64,000 nucleotides of DNA from Candidatus Poribacteria bacterium (GCA_965218095.1 OZ244587.1:1120001-1184000), one strand, 5' to 3'. Counted from the stretch's first letter, positions 10,266 to 21,112 are shown. Notes: a model not told the origin generated them from the letters alone. A program made the numbers and translations.

Positions 10266-12728
10266 AAATGCCCCGCATGCGGAAATCAAATTCTATCTGG
10301 TGAAGCGTTTTGTAGTCACTGCGCAACTCCTGTCGAATCGATTGTATCGCTCACACCTGAAACTGCTCAACTCTGTCCAAGTTGCAGTGTGAACAACCCA
10401 CTTGCATCGAAACAGTGCCGTGTCTGTGGCGCGGAACTCCAACGGCTGCTTGGGGGTGGAAAACAGATCCGTGGCTATCGAATCGAGAAGGTGCTCGGCT
10501 GTGGCGGCTTCAGCGCAGTGTATCAGGCGACAAAGGCTGGGGGCGCCTATGCCATCAAAGAAATTCCAATCCGTGACGCTTCAGCGCAGCGCTTGTTCGA
10601 CTTTGAAGCGAAGATCATGGAATCTTTTTCTCACGAGAACCTGCCTGAGTTTTTCGAGCGCTTTTCCATCGCTGATATGCGGAGTGGAGTCTCTGAACAG
10701 CGCAGCTACATCGTGATGGAATTCATCGAAGGGGAAACGCTTGATGCCAAGATTCGTGTCGCCGCTGCCAATGGTGGGTTCCTCAAAGAATCAGAGGTTT
10801 TATCATGGGGCGTGAAGCTGTGCGATGTGTTGGAGGAACTTCACCAACATGCGATTGTTCACCGCGATATCAAGCCCGAAAATGTGAAAATCACCCTGGC
10901 GGGCGAACTCAAATTGATTGACTTCGGAATCGCGAAGATTTATAATCCGCTCGATCCGAAAACACGCACAAGCGCACACGGGTTTGGCAGTCAAGGATAT
11001 GCGCCGCCAGAACAATATACAGGCAGAACAGATACCCGTTCTGATGTTTATGGTTTGGGCGCGACAATGTATCACCTCCTCACAAACGAGTCCCCGGTAG
11101 ATTCCAGTATGCGTGCGGCGCAGATTCAAGAACTGGAGCCAATCCGCAAACTGAATCCGAAGATTTCCAAGACGCTTGAACAGTCAATCCTCAAGGCGAT
11201 GCCGCTGAAAGCTGACGCCCGCTATCCGTCAATGCGGGATTTCAAAGAAGCGTTGGCGGGGCATGTGAGGGGTCAACTGTTCGAGTGTCCTCGCTGCAAG
11301 GTAATGAACGATCCAGGGACGGGGGCGTGTGTCTCATGTGGGACGCAGTTTGGGAAGCTTGAAACCTTCGTGATGCGAAACGGGGAAACGATTGTCGGTA
11401 TCGAGAATTTTGCACGAACCTGCGATGCCCACTGGAGTGATGCCGTCCACCATCTGAAAAATGGTGATTTCGAGGCATGGCTGGCAGCACAAGGGCGTGG
11501 CGATCTCAAGGCGGTCATGGAACAATGCAAGCGGAAAGAGAAAGACCCCAATTTCGCGCTTGAGTTGTTCCTCCAGGAAGTGAATCTCGTCAAGGCGCGG
11601 CACAAGCCGTTTAAGTTCTCTGACGGTGTGGTGGTTCGACGTTTGGCGGACCTTGCAGATGTCTGTGATCAACACTGGACTGTCCTCAAGGAGCATTTTT
11701 ATAGCCGCGACATAGAGCGGTGGTTGCTGACATGGGCGCGCCAAGATCTCATCGATCTTCAGGCAGAGATCAAGGAACAGGTTAACGATCGAGACATCGC
11801 CCTTGAGACGTTTCTGGAGAAAGCAGGGCTCGTCAAACGCCCACGTTTAGGGGCAACGTTGGAAGAGGATTGGGGGTCGATCCCCCTGGACACCGTTGAA
11901 ACAAAAACCGTTACGCTGGAGAACCTGTCACGTGGACGACTTTTCGGAAAACTTCGTCTCCTGACAGATCTACCCGGCCTCACACTCGAACGTGAAACAT
12001 TTCAAGGGGTTCACGACCAGATTCAGATTCGACTCGACACGAGCCAGTGTAAGGCGAAGAAGCGGTATCAAGCAACCGTGCAGATCGAAAGCAACGGTGG
12101 GACAGTCGAGGCGCCGATCCGTTTTCGCGTCGAACATCCATGGACGGAACTCCTGTTGAGCGTCGGAATGTGGGCAGGCATCATCGGCCTATTGACGACT
12201 TCGCTGCGTCTCGGACTTTGCGGCATCGGTTACCGATATTTTGGATTGGTTGAAATTTCTTTCTGGCATATTAAGCAACTTGTTTTGCTTCCTATTCCGG
12301 TGTTCGCCGTCAGTGGCGTCATTTCAGCGTTACCCCTCATCGTCGCATTCAGCAAGGTTGCTCAGAAGATTCGATGGTATCTTATCATTCCACTGACCAT
12401 CATCCTATGGGCAGGGATAAGCGTCGGATTAATTTTGGGGGCTATCAATGGCTACTACGGCTTAATCTGGGTTTTGCGGCAGATCGGCATCGGGGTTGAG
12501 TGGGGGAATGCGATTTGGGAGTTGCTGCTACCCTGGGGATTTGCCGGCGTCGTAGTGGGGATGAGCGTGGGCATTTATCGAAAAGCGAAAATTTATGAAC
12601 AATGGTGGCTGCCACTGACTGCCATCATGCTTCCTATCGCCGGGCTGATTGGGTTAATGTACTTCGGACAGAGGGGATATGCACCGAAGTTGGTCGAGGT
12701 AATAATGCGAATATGTCGTGCAATGTGA
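10263..12728 (+). CDS. Hanks-type Ser/Thr protein kinase with zinc ribbons, internal repeats and C-terminal membrane domain
   Basis: CxxC pairs; GCGGFSAVY, AIKE, HRDIKPEN, DFG, GYAPPEQ, SDVYGLG; several C-terminal TM helices. Confidence 0.92.
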   Translation: MKCPACGNQILSGEAFCSHCATPVESIVSLTPETAQLCPSCSVNNPLASKQCRVCGAELQRLLGGGKQIRGYRIEKVLGCGGFSAVYQATKAGGAYAIKEIPIRDASAQRLFDFEAKIMESFSHENLPEFFERFSIADMRSGVSEQRSYIVMEFIEGETLDAKIRVAAANGGFLKESEVLSWGVKLCDVLEELHQHAIVHRDIKPENVKITLAGELKLIDFGIAKIYNPLDPKTRTSAHGFGSQGYAPPEQYTGRTDTRSDVYGLGATMYHLLTNESPVDSSMRAAQIQELEPIRKLNPKISKTLEQSILKAMPLKADARYPSMRDFKEALAGHVRGQLFECPRCKVMNDPGTGACVSCGTQFGKLETFVMRNGETIVGIENFARTCDAHWSDAVHHLKNGDFEAWLAAQGRGDLKAVMEQCKRKEKDPNFALELFLQEVNLVKARHKPFKFSDGVVVRRLADLADVCDQHWTVLKEHFYSRDIERWLLTWARQDLIDLQAEIKEQVNDRDIALETFLEKAGLVKRPRLGATLEEDWGSIPLDTVETKTVTLENLSRGRLFGKLRLLTDLPGLTLERETFQGVHDQIQIRLDTSQCKAKKRYQATVQIESNGGTVEAPIRFRVEHPWTELLLSVGMWAGIIGLLTTSLRLGLCGIGYRYFGLVEISFWHIKQLVLLPIPVFAVSGVISALPLIVAFSKVAQKIRWYLIIPLTIILWAGISVGLILGAINGYYGLIWVLRQIGIGVEWGNAIWELLLPWGFAGVVVGMSVGIYRKAKIYEQWWLPLTAIMLPIAGLIGLMYFGQRGYAPKLVEVIMRICRAM

Positions 12729-12731
12729 CTA

Positions 12732-13567
12732 GGTTCTGTTGACATTTCAAGGGAGCCATATAAGAGTGGAGACAAAGCTGAGAAATCCAAAATAACGGAC
12801 AGCTAGCTTCTCAAACCGAGAGAAGATACGACAATACCATTTTATCTTGTTGATGAAACACTCAACCCGATGTCTCTCTTTGTATAAGCGTTTGTCATAC
12901 GTTCTTTGGTCAACACGATGACTTTTGGGCGGTATCACCGCAATCGCTCCATTCGCCTCAATAACAGCGATAAAAGCGTCCGAATCGTACCCCTTGTCTC
13001 CAATCACATATTCACTGTTATATCCGATTATCAACCCTTCCGCCTCAGTTATGTCATGTCTCTGACCGGGGGTCAGATGAATTCTTAGCGGATTGCCTAG
13101 TCCGTCAACTGTGATGTGAATTTTTGTGCTGAAACCGCCCCGAGACCGACCTAATGCTTGGTTTTCAGTGCCACCCTTTTTTTTAAGGCGCCAGCTTTTT
13201 AAGGCGCCCGCCGCAGACGGGTGAGCGCGGCAGATGGTACTGTCCACAATAAGCGACTCGATATCGAGGTCAGAGGCGAAGTGGGGGTGCATCTGTGTGA
13301 AGATACCTTTGTCGCACCATCGAGCAAACCGCTTGTAGCGGGTGTTCCATTTGCCATAGGTGTCTGGTAGAAGTCTCCATTGAGCCCCACTACGAGTCAC
13401 CCACAGAACCGCTTCGACGAAGCGGCGTGTAGCAACTTCGTCGCCAACATAGATGGTGGGACAGCTAAGAAGAAACCGGTATATCTTATTCCATTGTTCA
13501 TCGGGTAAGGTTATTGGCGTCATTCTTCTATTATGCCACAACCTTATACTCAAATGTCAACAGAACC
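12732..13567 (-). mobile_element. IS5-family insertion sequence, copy 1
   Basis: Terminal IRs GGTTCTGTTGACATTT / AAATGTCAACAGAACC, flanked by TA in a CTAG context. Confidence 0.93.
12747..13523 (-). CDS. IS5-family transposase in a single fused frame
   Basis: G.QWR.LP..YG.W, VDST, GRSRGGFSTKIH, GDKGYDSD, YKERHRVECF. Confidence 0.9.
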   Translation of the reverse strand: MTPITLPDEQWNKIYRFLLSCPTIYVGDEVATRRFVEAVLWVTRSGAQWRLLPDTYGKWNTRYKRFARWCDKGIFTQMHPHFASDLDIESLIVDSTICRAHPSAAGALKSWRLKKKGGTENQALGRSRGGFSTKIHITVDGLGNPLRIHLTPGQRHDITEAEGLIIGYNSEYVIGDKGYDSDAFIAVIEANGAIAVIPPKSHRVDQRTYDKRLYKERHRVECFINKIKWYCRIFSRFEKLAVRYFGFLSFVSTLIWLP

Positions 13568-14000
13568 TAGTTCGTGTAAAGCCCGTTTTGCTTGTCCGGC
13601 ACTCGCGGGCTTTTTTATTTTTTGTATTTTACCCCAAAACGCCAATCAAAGCAATGACTATATTTACGGATTTTTCACCACTTTTTTGTTCGATTTTTGG
13701 CTTTGTTACAGTGTTCATAAAAACGTCTTCTGCTCGTATCAGAACACCATAATCTTTTGGGACCACATTGTTTTTTTATAAAGAAACCGGAGAGTCCTTG
13801 ATGTGACGGGACTCATCGATCAGTTGCAGGTTTGTGCGCTTGGTACGTGGCCGATTATCAAGAAGTGGACGACTGATTTCTTGCTTTCTCACCTGCTGCG
13901 CCGCAATGCGTCCCCATAGATTGACCACTATACTCTGGAGGTGTACATGATTCACTCGACTCTATGAAACCGATGCGCAGGGCGTCAATGGGAAATGGAC

Positions 14001-14029
14001 TTGACGAAACTGAGGTAATTGAGTAGAAT
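14001..14029 (+). promoter_or_regulatory. Sigma70-like promoter whose -10 box is the insertion target of the outer IS982-ended element
   Basis: TTGACG-17 nt-TAGAAT. Confidence 0.5.
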
Positions 14030-14171
14030 AACCCAAGTTGCCACCTTAGAAAGGAAATAACTTGATGGAGACAGCGAGGATAAAAAGCCGCACTTTTAAC
14101 TCAAAGCCTGCCGGTGTCACAATATATCACATTGATGTGACGATTTGTGATATTTTGTGACATTGTAATTA

Positions 14172-15094
14172 ACCCAAGTTGCTAGTAATTGAAAATCCAT
14201 GGGTTTTCCGTTAAAGTAGAGGTAATCCAAACCATAATACCTCAAAGGAGAAACCAAAGGAGAAACCCATGGACATCCAAATTGCAACCATTTTCTATCT
14301 CTGTGACAAGCGCTTAGAAGCACTCAACTCAAAACCACACCCACAAACGCAGATGTCTGATGCCGAAGTGATGACCACCGGCATCGTCGCTGCGTTGTTC
14401 TTCGGGGCAAACTTGCAAACCACTTGTGACTTTCTAAAGACTCATGGCTATATACCCAAGATGCTTTCAAAAAGTCGATTAAACCGATGTTCACCACATT
14501 GTTCAAAATCTTGGGACGAAGCTATGTGCAACTTAATCAACAGAAAATCTATGCACTGGATACCATACCAATTGCTGTTTGTTCCGCATTCGTCGGTCAA
14601 AAATCTACACCGATAAGGCATATCGAGGCTATCAAGCGTCCAAACGTCGGTATTTCTATGGCTTGAAAGTTCATCTGCTAGTGACTGCGAGTCGACACCC
14701 TGTTGAATTTTTTGTGACCCCAGCCAGTACAGGGGACGTTGAAGGGTTACAGTGGTTTGACTTCGACTTGCCACCGGGCTATGGTGACAAAGCATACAAT
14801 AATTATGAGATAGAAGATATTGTTACATCAGTCGTTAAAGCCAGTACGCAAGAAGAATTCCAAGCGGCTGTATCCACCATGGGAGACCTACTTGGCTAAT
14901 TACCATCGTAAGTCTGTTGAGACGGCTGGCAGTTTGATTAACAAACTGCTTCCACGTTCAATCCATGCAGTAACGCAACACGGATTTGAATTGAAAGTGG
15001 TCTTGTTTGTATTGGCTAGCAGTATCAATCAGCTCTGAGTTCACTCACATATTCAGTTCACTCACATATTCGATGAATAGGTCGCAACTTGGGT
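14172..15094 (+). mobile_element. IS982-family insertion sequence (inner element)
   Basis: ACCCAAGTTGC...GCAACTTGGGT ends; 9-bp target duplication TTGTAATTA at 14163-71 and 15095-103. Confidence 0.9.
14269..15038 (+). pseudogene. IS982 transposase, multiply frameshifted
   Basis: MSDAEVMT, LSKSRLNR, RGYQASKRRYFYGLKVH, YGDKAY and RKSVET..S spread over three frames. Confidence 0.88.
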
Positions 15095-15923
15095 TTGTAA
15101 TTATCAAAACCGTCTGCTAGAGGCACAGTTGCAGCAAGCGGAAAGTTTGACTGGGGTTGGCTTCTCCCCGTAGGTTGTGGGAGAGGCATCCTTGCTTCGA
15201 CGACCGCATCCGATAAAATATGTGACATTTTGTGACATCGCGATTATCAAAACCGTCTAGCGGGGGGTTAGGTGGGCTGTGGGAGAAGCATCCTTGCCTC
15301 GACGAACTTTGTCCGCATAAACATCCGCTCCCGCAGGCAAATCACACTCGAAACACAACATCCCCTGCACATCGGTAAGCAAGTTTCAAGAATAAACTTT
15401 ACATTTTGAGCGAGGTGTGGAAGGAAAAAGACGGGAAGGTTGGAAGGTTGGAAGGGATAAACTCTTCCATTCTTCCAATTCTTTAGGTGGCAACGTGGGT
15501 TTCCGAGTAACTTTCCGAGAACCTTCCCGTGCAAACCACCCAGAACTCAGTCATAGACTGGGTTCTCAACCTTTTTTGTCTCTATCAAATTCTCGCATTT
15601 ACTCTGAAAACTCTGAAACTTCCGAACATCTCTCAATAGAATTTACCATTGCCGTCGCTCTTTTTTAGATAGTTATTTCGAGTAGGTCGATTTTCCAAAA
15701 TCGACATTCGGGTGTCGAGATATGAATCTCGACTGGAATAGATAGCAACTTGGGTTAGAATAGGCGGAAACAGCTAGCAGGAGAATCATATAAAAGATTC
15801 ATCGTGAAGGCGTGTGAAATCACTGAGAATCTGTGATTCAGTGACCAACGGTGAGATAAGAAACACTCAACTTCGATTCGCGAAGAATTTTGGGCTCGTG
15901 GGCTCAAACACTGGAGGTAAGAA

Positions 15924-16877
15924 ATGGTAAATCTAGGTGCTGGACGCTTCATCTATGAAGTGTCCGGGGAAGACTGGGGCAACCTGCCGGAGGACTGGAC
16001 CTACAAAGAAGCCACTGCCGTGGCTGTAGACTCAGATGATAACGTCTATGTCTTCAATCGCGGTACGCACCCGATGATTGTCTTCGATCCCGACGGTAAT
16101 GTGCTTCGGACATGGGGCGATGGAATATTCGCCAATCCACACGGCGTGACCATCGGTCCTGACGGCACGGTCTACTGTGTTGACAACGGTGACCATACCG
16201 TCCGCAAGTTTACCCCTGATGGGAAGCTCCTAATGACGCTTGGCGAACCTCACCGATCTACGGCGCCGATGAGCGGTCAACCATTCAACAAGCCGACTCA
16301 TCTGGCCATTGATCCGCGCAGTGGAGACCTGTATGTGGCTGATGGCTACAGCAATGCGCGCGTACACAAGTATTCTCCAGATGGACAACTCCTGTTCTCC
16401 TGGGGAGAGTCCGGCACAGATCCAGGCCAGTTCAATATTGTCCATAACATAGCGACAGACAGAGAGGGTTGGGTATACATTGCTGACCGTGAGAACCATC
16501 GCGTACAGGTATTTGATCCGAATGGGAGGTACGAGACACAGTGGGGGAACTTATCCAGGGCGGCCTGCATTTGTCTGGACAACACGGATGAACCGTTGAT
16601 TTATGTCGGAGAGTATTTCGGCGGCATCGCCTCAAACGCAATAGGCACGCGCCTGGGCCCTCGAGTCTCTATCTTCGACGTCAAAGGAAATGTGTTAGCG
16701 CGACTGAGCGACGAGTCTTACGGAGATGAGCCGGGACGGTTTTACTCGCCCCATGGAATTGCTGTTGACTCCAAGGGGAACATCTATGTCGCTGAAGTGT
16801 CCTGGAGCGACTATGGCAGCAAGATGGATCCCCCGAGAGAGCCTCGTTCACTCCAGAAGTTGGTCAAGAAGAGTTGA
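15924..16877 (+). CDS. NHL-repeat beta-propeller protein (peptidyl-alpha-hydroxyglycine amidating lyase-like)
   Basis: Repeated NHL motifs (PHGVTIGPDG.VY, YVADGYSNARVHKY, YIADRENHRVQVFD); GGAGG RBS. Confidence 0.88.
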   Translation: MVNLGAGRFIYEVSGEDWGNLPEDWTYKEATAVAVDSDDNVYVFNRGTHPMIVFDPDGNVLRTWGDGIFANPHGVTIGPDGTVYCVDNGDHTVRKFTPDGKLLMTLGEPHRSTAPMSGQPFNKPTHLAIDPRSGDLYVADGYSNARVHKYSPDGQLLFSWGESGTDPGQFNIVHNIATDREGWVYIADRENHRVQVFDPNGRYETQWGNLSRAACICLDNTDEPLIYVGEYFGGIASNAIGTRLGPRVSIFDVKGNVLARLSDESYGDEPGRFYSPHGIAVDSKGNIYVAEVSWSDYGSKMDPPREPRSLQKLVKKS

Positions 16878-17030
16878 AGACACGTCGGCAGAAAGATACG
16901 CCACAGCAGTCTACGACAAGTTTGCCGGATAAAGCGGATTTCCCCAACGAGACTCCAAAACATGTTACCAGCCTCCAGGTTAGAAATCGGGATGGCTGCA
17001 TGTTCTACGACGGCAAATTTCGCTGTTGTG

Positions 17031-18008
17031 TTAGAATGGAACAGGAATACCGACCAGCTTCGCGACTGAAGTCAACGCTTCCTGATGTTCCTTGCCAACT
17101 GGAATGCCAATCTCCGACCATTCTCGTTCGCGTTCCCATTCCAGGCCACCCGGCAGATCTACCCGGTCGTAACCCGGAGCCGGTTTCATCTTTCGGGCAT
17201 CGCTGATGTGTCGATCCATCTCCTGTTTGAACTCGTCAATCGGTCGGAACCGCGCAATATCAATCGCAAGAATAAAAGCCCCCTGACCAGCTCCCTCCCA
17301 AATGGTGGGTGGGTCTGGCGGCTTATCGAATAACCAAATTCCCGCCATAAAACCGCCGAGCGCATGACTCACATGACCGAACCCCAACATCTTGAAGAAG
17401 GTTCCAGGAATGCGTTCAAACGCCTGTTCCAGCGGTTCGTGAAAATCAACGCCGGTCGCCATATCGACGACGATGGGCGGTTGATTGCCGCCCGGAATAG
17501 CGAAACTCATTGGTGATGCACCCGTTGCAGTCGCAATCACGTCCTCAGGACGGTGGCGAAAACGGTGGGCTGAAACCGCGAAGCCGACGCAATCTTCTTC
17601 AAGCGCAAGCCGCGAATACTTGCCCGCGCTGCCAAAGTGGAAATGGTTGCGACTCGTTGCAGCTCCCAGTCCCATCTCTTTGGCTTTCTTGGCCGCCGCC
17701 TTTGCGGCAGAATACGTAGCGAAATGTCCCATGCCGCCGTCACCGTCGAAGACCGCTGTTGTCGGGGACTCATCGACAATACGCACGTTTGGCCGCGGAT
17801 TCACCTTGCCGTCGAGCATCATCTGCACATACCCCGGCGTTTGGCGCGTTCCGTGACTAAATACCCCGCGCAGATCGGTGAGGACAAGCAGGTTGGCGAT
17901 GTGCGCCGCATCCTGTTCTGAGGCACCCGCTTTCTGGAAAGTTCCACTGATGAAACTTCGGAGTACATCTGGCATGACACGGATAAATTCTTTGGGCGGT
18001 ACATTCAT
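17031..18008 (-). CDS. Ldh_2-family (malate/L-lactate/sulfolactate-type) oxidoreductase
   Basis: DLRGVFSHG, DGDGGMG, NHFHFGSAGKY, VVDMATG. Confidence 0.88.
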   Translation of the reverse strand: MNVPPKEFIRVMPDVLRSFISGTFQKAGASEQDAAHIANLLVLTDLRGVFSHGTRQTPGYVQMMLDGKVNPRPNVRIVDESPTTAVFDGDGGMGHFATYSAAKAAAKKAKEMGLGAATSRNHFHFGSAGKYSRLALEEDCVGFAVSAHRFRHRPEDVIATATGASPMSFAIPGGNQPPIVVDMATGVDFHEPLEQAFERIPGTFFKMLGFGHVSHALGGFMAGIWLFDKPPDPPTIWEGAGQGAFILAIDIARFRPIDEFKQEMDRHISDARKMKPAPGYDRVDLPGGLEWEREREWSEIGIPVGKEHQEALTSVAKLVGIPVPF

Positions 18009-18184
18009 AACTTTTCTCCGTTGTTTGTTAGTTGGCTAACTTTCGGAAGGTTACAGCACTGCTTTGTAACCATTTCGACCCTGAAATGTCGTCATTATTT
18101 CGATCACACCCTCTGAAAATGAACCCCGATCCTTGATCGGGGTTTCGTCGGACTTCTCACACATGCTCTTAGATTTGGCGTTGT

Positions 18185-18213
18185 ATTATAACACCTGATT
18201 TCAGATTGATCAA
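18185..18213 (-). promoter_or_regulatory. Sigma70-like promoter for the Ldh_2 gene
   Basis: Minus strand TTGATC-17 nt-TATAAT. Confidence 0.45.
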
Positions 18214-18340
18214 TGGGATTGTGAAACCTCTGCTTACGATGCATTGATCATTATTGATTGCAGGTCGATTTTCTAAAATCGACGTCCAGGTCGTATCAAG
18301 ATGTGAATATCGGAGGCCTCATTCCGATCACCGATTTCGG

Positions 18341-18370
18341 TTGACACAGCTTTCCGGGTCAGTATAATAT
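18341..18370 (+). promoter_or_regulatory. Sigma70-like promoter upstream of the HEAT-repeat gene
   Basis: TTGACA-18 nt-TATAAT. Confidence 0.55.
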
Positions 18371-18538
18371 GTGGCGATGAACATGGTTGAATCTCTGAAC
18401 CAATCTCAACGGAAACGACATCGAAATTATGAAAAAAACGACATGGAAGGTTGGCACCCAAAAGAAGATAATCTTGTAAAATGACGGCCATCATTGAAGG
18501 CGTGAATTTTACTTGAAGGGTGAAGGGAGGGAACGAGA

Positions 18539-19540
18539 ATGAAGGCCTTGATGATTATCGGGTCAGCAATTTTGTTAGCAATTTTGTTGCAGTTGCTTAT
18601 ATGGATGGTCAGATCGTACATCAGAGATAAAAAGAATCTGTGTGAGTCCAGATCTAAAAGTGGGCATCAGTATAAATCTAATGAAGTGAACAGCCCGATC
18701 CGCATTGGCGAACCGGATCAATCGACTGATGTGCTTGCATTGGTCAAGCTATTGAAGGACCAAGATGAGGAAGTTCGTGCTAATGCTGTTTATGCGTTGG
18801 CGGAGATTGGGGAGCCTGCCGTGCCCGCGTTAATAAAGGCAATGAGCGATGAAGAAGTGGAAGTTCGTGAATATGCGGCTGGTACGTTAGGGCTGATTGG
18901 AAAGTCTTCCAAGGAAGCCGTGCCAACAGTGATAGAGGTGCTGAAGGATGTAGGAGAAGATCTGTGGGTTCGTCGAAACGCGGCTTATGCATTAGGCAAC
19001 ATCGGGCATCCTGCTGCTGTACCTGTCCTGGTAAGGATATTGACAGACAAAGAGGAGGACGAACGGACTCGTCAGTTCCATACCTCCATATCCAGGAAAT
19101 CATCTATTGCCCCTTTTCGATTTAATCCAATCACCGGACAGTGGTCAGCGTTGATAGAGGAAGAGGAAGCGGGGATTCGTGAATATGCAGCCATGGCATT
19201 ATGCGTGATTGGGGAACCTGCTGTCCCCACATTGATAGAGGCATTAAGGGATGCAGATGGGTGGGTCCGCCAAAAAGCGGCTTCTGCATTGGGCGCTATT
19301 GGGGAACCTGTGGCCGTGCCCGCGTTGATTGAAGCATTGAAGGACGAAGATGAAAAGGTTCGTGAATGGGCGGTTGTATCATTGGGGCAAATTGGCAACC
19401 CGGCACTGCCTGCATTGACTGAGGTATTGAGTGAGACGAATATGGTTGTCCGTGATCAGGTTATCGACGCCTTAATTCGAATAGGCACGCCTGAAGCGAT
19501 GAAAACATTGAAAGAGTACGCGCCTGGCGATCTCCCGTGA
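18539..19540 (+). CDS. Membrane-anchored HEAT (PBS-lyase-like) repeat protein
   Basis: N-terminal TM helix; repeated VR..AA.ALG.IG.PAVP.LIEAL.D units. Confidence 0.88.
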   Translation: MKALMIIGSAILLAILLQLLIWMVRSYIRDKKNLCESRSKSGHQYKSNEVNSPIRIGEPDQSTDVLALVKLLKDQDEEVRANAVYALAEIGEPAVPALIKAMSDEEVEVREYAAGTLGLIGKSSKEAVPTVIEVLKDVGEDLWVRRNAAYALGNIGHPAAVPVLVRILTDKEEDERTRQFHTSISRKSSIAPFRFNPITGQWSALIEEEEAGIREYAAMALCVIGEPAVPTLIEALRDADGWVRQKAASALGAIGEPVAVPALIEALKDEDEKVREWAVVSLGQIGNPALPALTEVLSETNMVVRDQVIDALIRIGTPEAMKTLKEYAPGDLP

Positions 19541-19724
19541 AGTTCTACGCTCTCTATCGCAGCATGCCAGGAATCTTTTTGCTGAAGACGAAGATTGTAA
19601 TCAAATCTTGGACGTGCTCATGCCCACCTGAGTTTGAAGCCCTAATCCATCTCATCAAAGCAAATAATTTTTCAGGTCGTATATACAAAGACGCTCCAAA
19701 TGTGTGGCGAAAGGAGTTCTCTTT

Positions 19725-20144
19725 ATGTCCAGTATGATCGTCGCTTCCTAACCACTTGCCGTTGAAGAAGGGGCTAAAGTTTTGATGGAAGGCGGCAATG
19801 CGGTTGACGCCGCTGCAGATCTGAGGGATTATCAACTCTGCGACAAACCCATCGTCGTCGGCGCCTATCGCGGATATACCATAAAAACCTGCCTGCTTCC
19901 CCACGGTGGACCGACGCTGCTGGCTATCCTGAATATTCTGGAAGGCGATGACCTCAGTTCGCTTGAGCATAATTCGCCTGAATACATTTATCGGGTCTCG
20001 ATGGCGATGAAAGCTGCCTTTGCAGACCGGAATCCTCATCTCAGCGACCCACAATTTGCGGCTATGCCGTTAGGATGGGTGATTTCCAAGGCGCGGACAC
20101 GGGCGGTGGCGGGATGGCGATTGCAGTTTCGTAGCAAATGCTAA
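19725..20144 (+). pseudogene. Gamma-glutamyltransferase remnant (nonsense codon, internal deletion, truncation)
   Basis: MSSMIVAS*PLAVEEGAKVL.EGGNAVDAA joined directly to DL.DY...YRGYTI...MKAAFADR. Confidence 0.8.
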
Positions 20145-20213
20145 CCTTTTCGCTCCCTCTATGTCTCTCCCCAAAGTTGGGGGGAGATAGGGGGCTTGAA
20201 ATAAGGAGAACTG

Positions 20214-21011
20214 ATGATGGCAAACACGGATAATTTTCCATGGCCCAACGGCTGTCAAGGTGCGGTCTCGATGAGTTTCGATGACGGCAGTCAGTCTCAA
20301 CTGGATATCGCGATACCGATACTCAAGGAATATGATTTGCTCGGCACATTCTACATCAACCCGCGCGGCGATGACTGGAAGGAGCGGCTTCAACCGTGGC
20401 GGGAGATCTCTCTTGCAGGGCATGAGGTGGGGAACCACACCATCCAACACATCTGCCCACGCAATTTGGGTTCAGGGCGCAGGAAATCCCTCGAAAATAC
20501 CACGCTGGAGGAGATCGAAGCCGACGTTGTGGAGGCGGAAAGACGACTTCACGCGCTTATCCCTCAGCACCCCGTCCGCACATTTTGTTATCCCTGTTAT
20601 CAGAGTTATGTCGGCGAGGGCCCAACACGACAAAGCTACGTTCCTATCATCGCAAAACATTTTCCCGCGGCGCGGGGTATGGGCGAGGCCCCGAATCACC
20701 CTGCATTGACAGATTTGCACTATCTGAGTGCTTCGGTCGTCGCGGGTTGGATGTCAGAAGCCAATCTCTGTAGGTTAGCGGGGGTGGCGCCCGAACAAAG
20801 CCGGTGGATGATTCTGGCCTTTCACAGGTTTCAGCAGGATCCCAGTTCTAGTCGAAGTCTGAGCGCCGCTTACCACGGTTCACCGCTTTCCGCCGACAGC
20901 CTCCGCGAATTGTGCGCGTATCTTGCGACCCACCGCGATCAGATCTGGATCGCTCCTGTGGTGACGGTTGCACAGAAGATTATCGCCTGGCGTGGAAGTG
21001 TGCAGTGTTAA
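20214..21011 (+). CDS. Polysaccharide deacetylase family protein
   Basis: SFDDG, GHEVGNHT..H, FCYP, ILAFH. Confidence 0.88.
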   Translation: MMANTDNFPWPNGCQGAVSMSFDDGSQSQLDIAIPILKEYDLLGTFYINPRGDDWKERLQPWREISLAGHEVGNHTIQHICPRNLGSGRRKSLENTTLEEIEADVVEAERRLHALIPQHPVRTFCYPCYQSYVGEGPTRQSYVPIIAKHFPAARGMGEAPNHPALTDLHYLSASVVAGWMSEANLCRLAGVAPEQSRWMILAFHRFQQDPSSSRSLSAAYHGSPLSADSLRELCAYLATHRDQIWIAPVVTVAQKIIAWRGSVQC

Positions 21012-21112
21012 CCAGGGATCTGTATCCGTTCGTCATTTGCTGACTGCCGACTGCTTTCGTGGGAGGAACCACAGCGGATGGGGAGAGCAGGAAAATCCCC
21101 TGGCCCCCTTAG

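Larger units (their letters stand above)
14031..15755. mobile_element. Non-autonomous element with IS982-type ends (outer element of a nest)
   Basis: ACCCAAGTTGC at 14031 and GCAACTTGGGT ending at 15755; direct repeat TAGAATA at 14024-30 and 15756-62. Confidence 0.75.

Noticed and set aside
13570-13990. Possible terminator (AAAGCCCG...CGGGCTTTTTT) and a gene fragment on the minus strand
   Set aside because: The loop is too long for a confident terminator and the fragment has no assignable motif.
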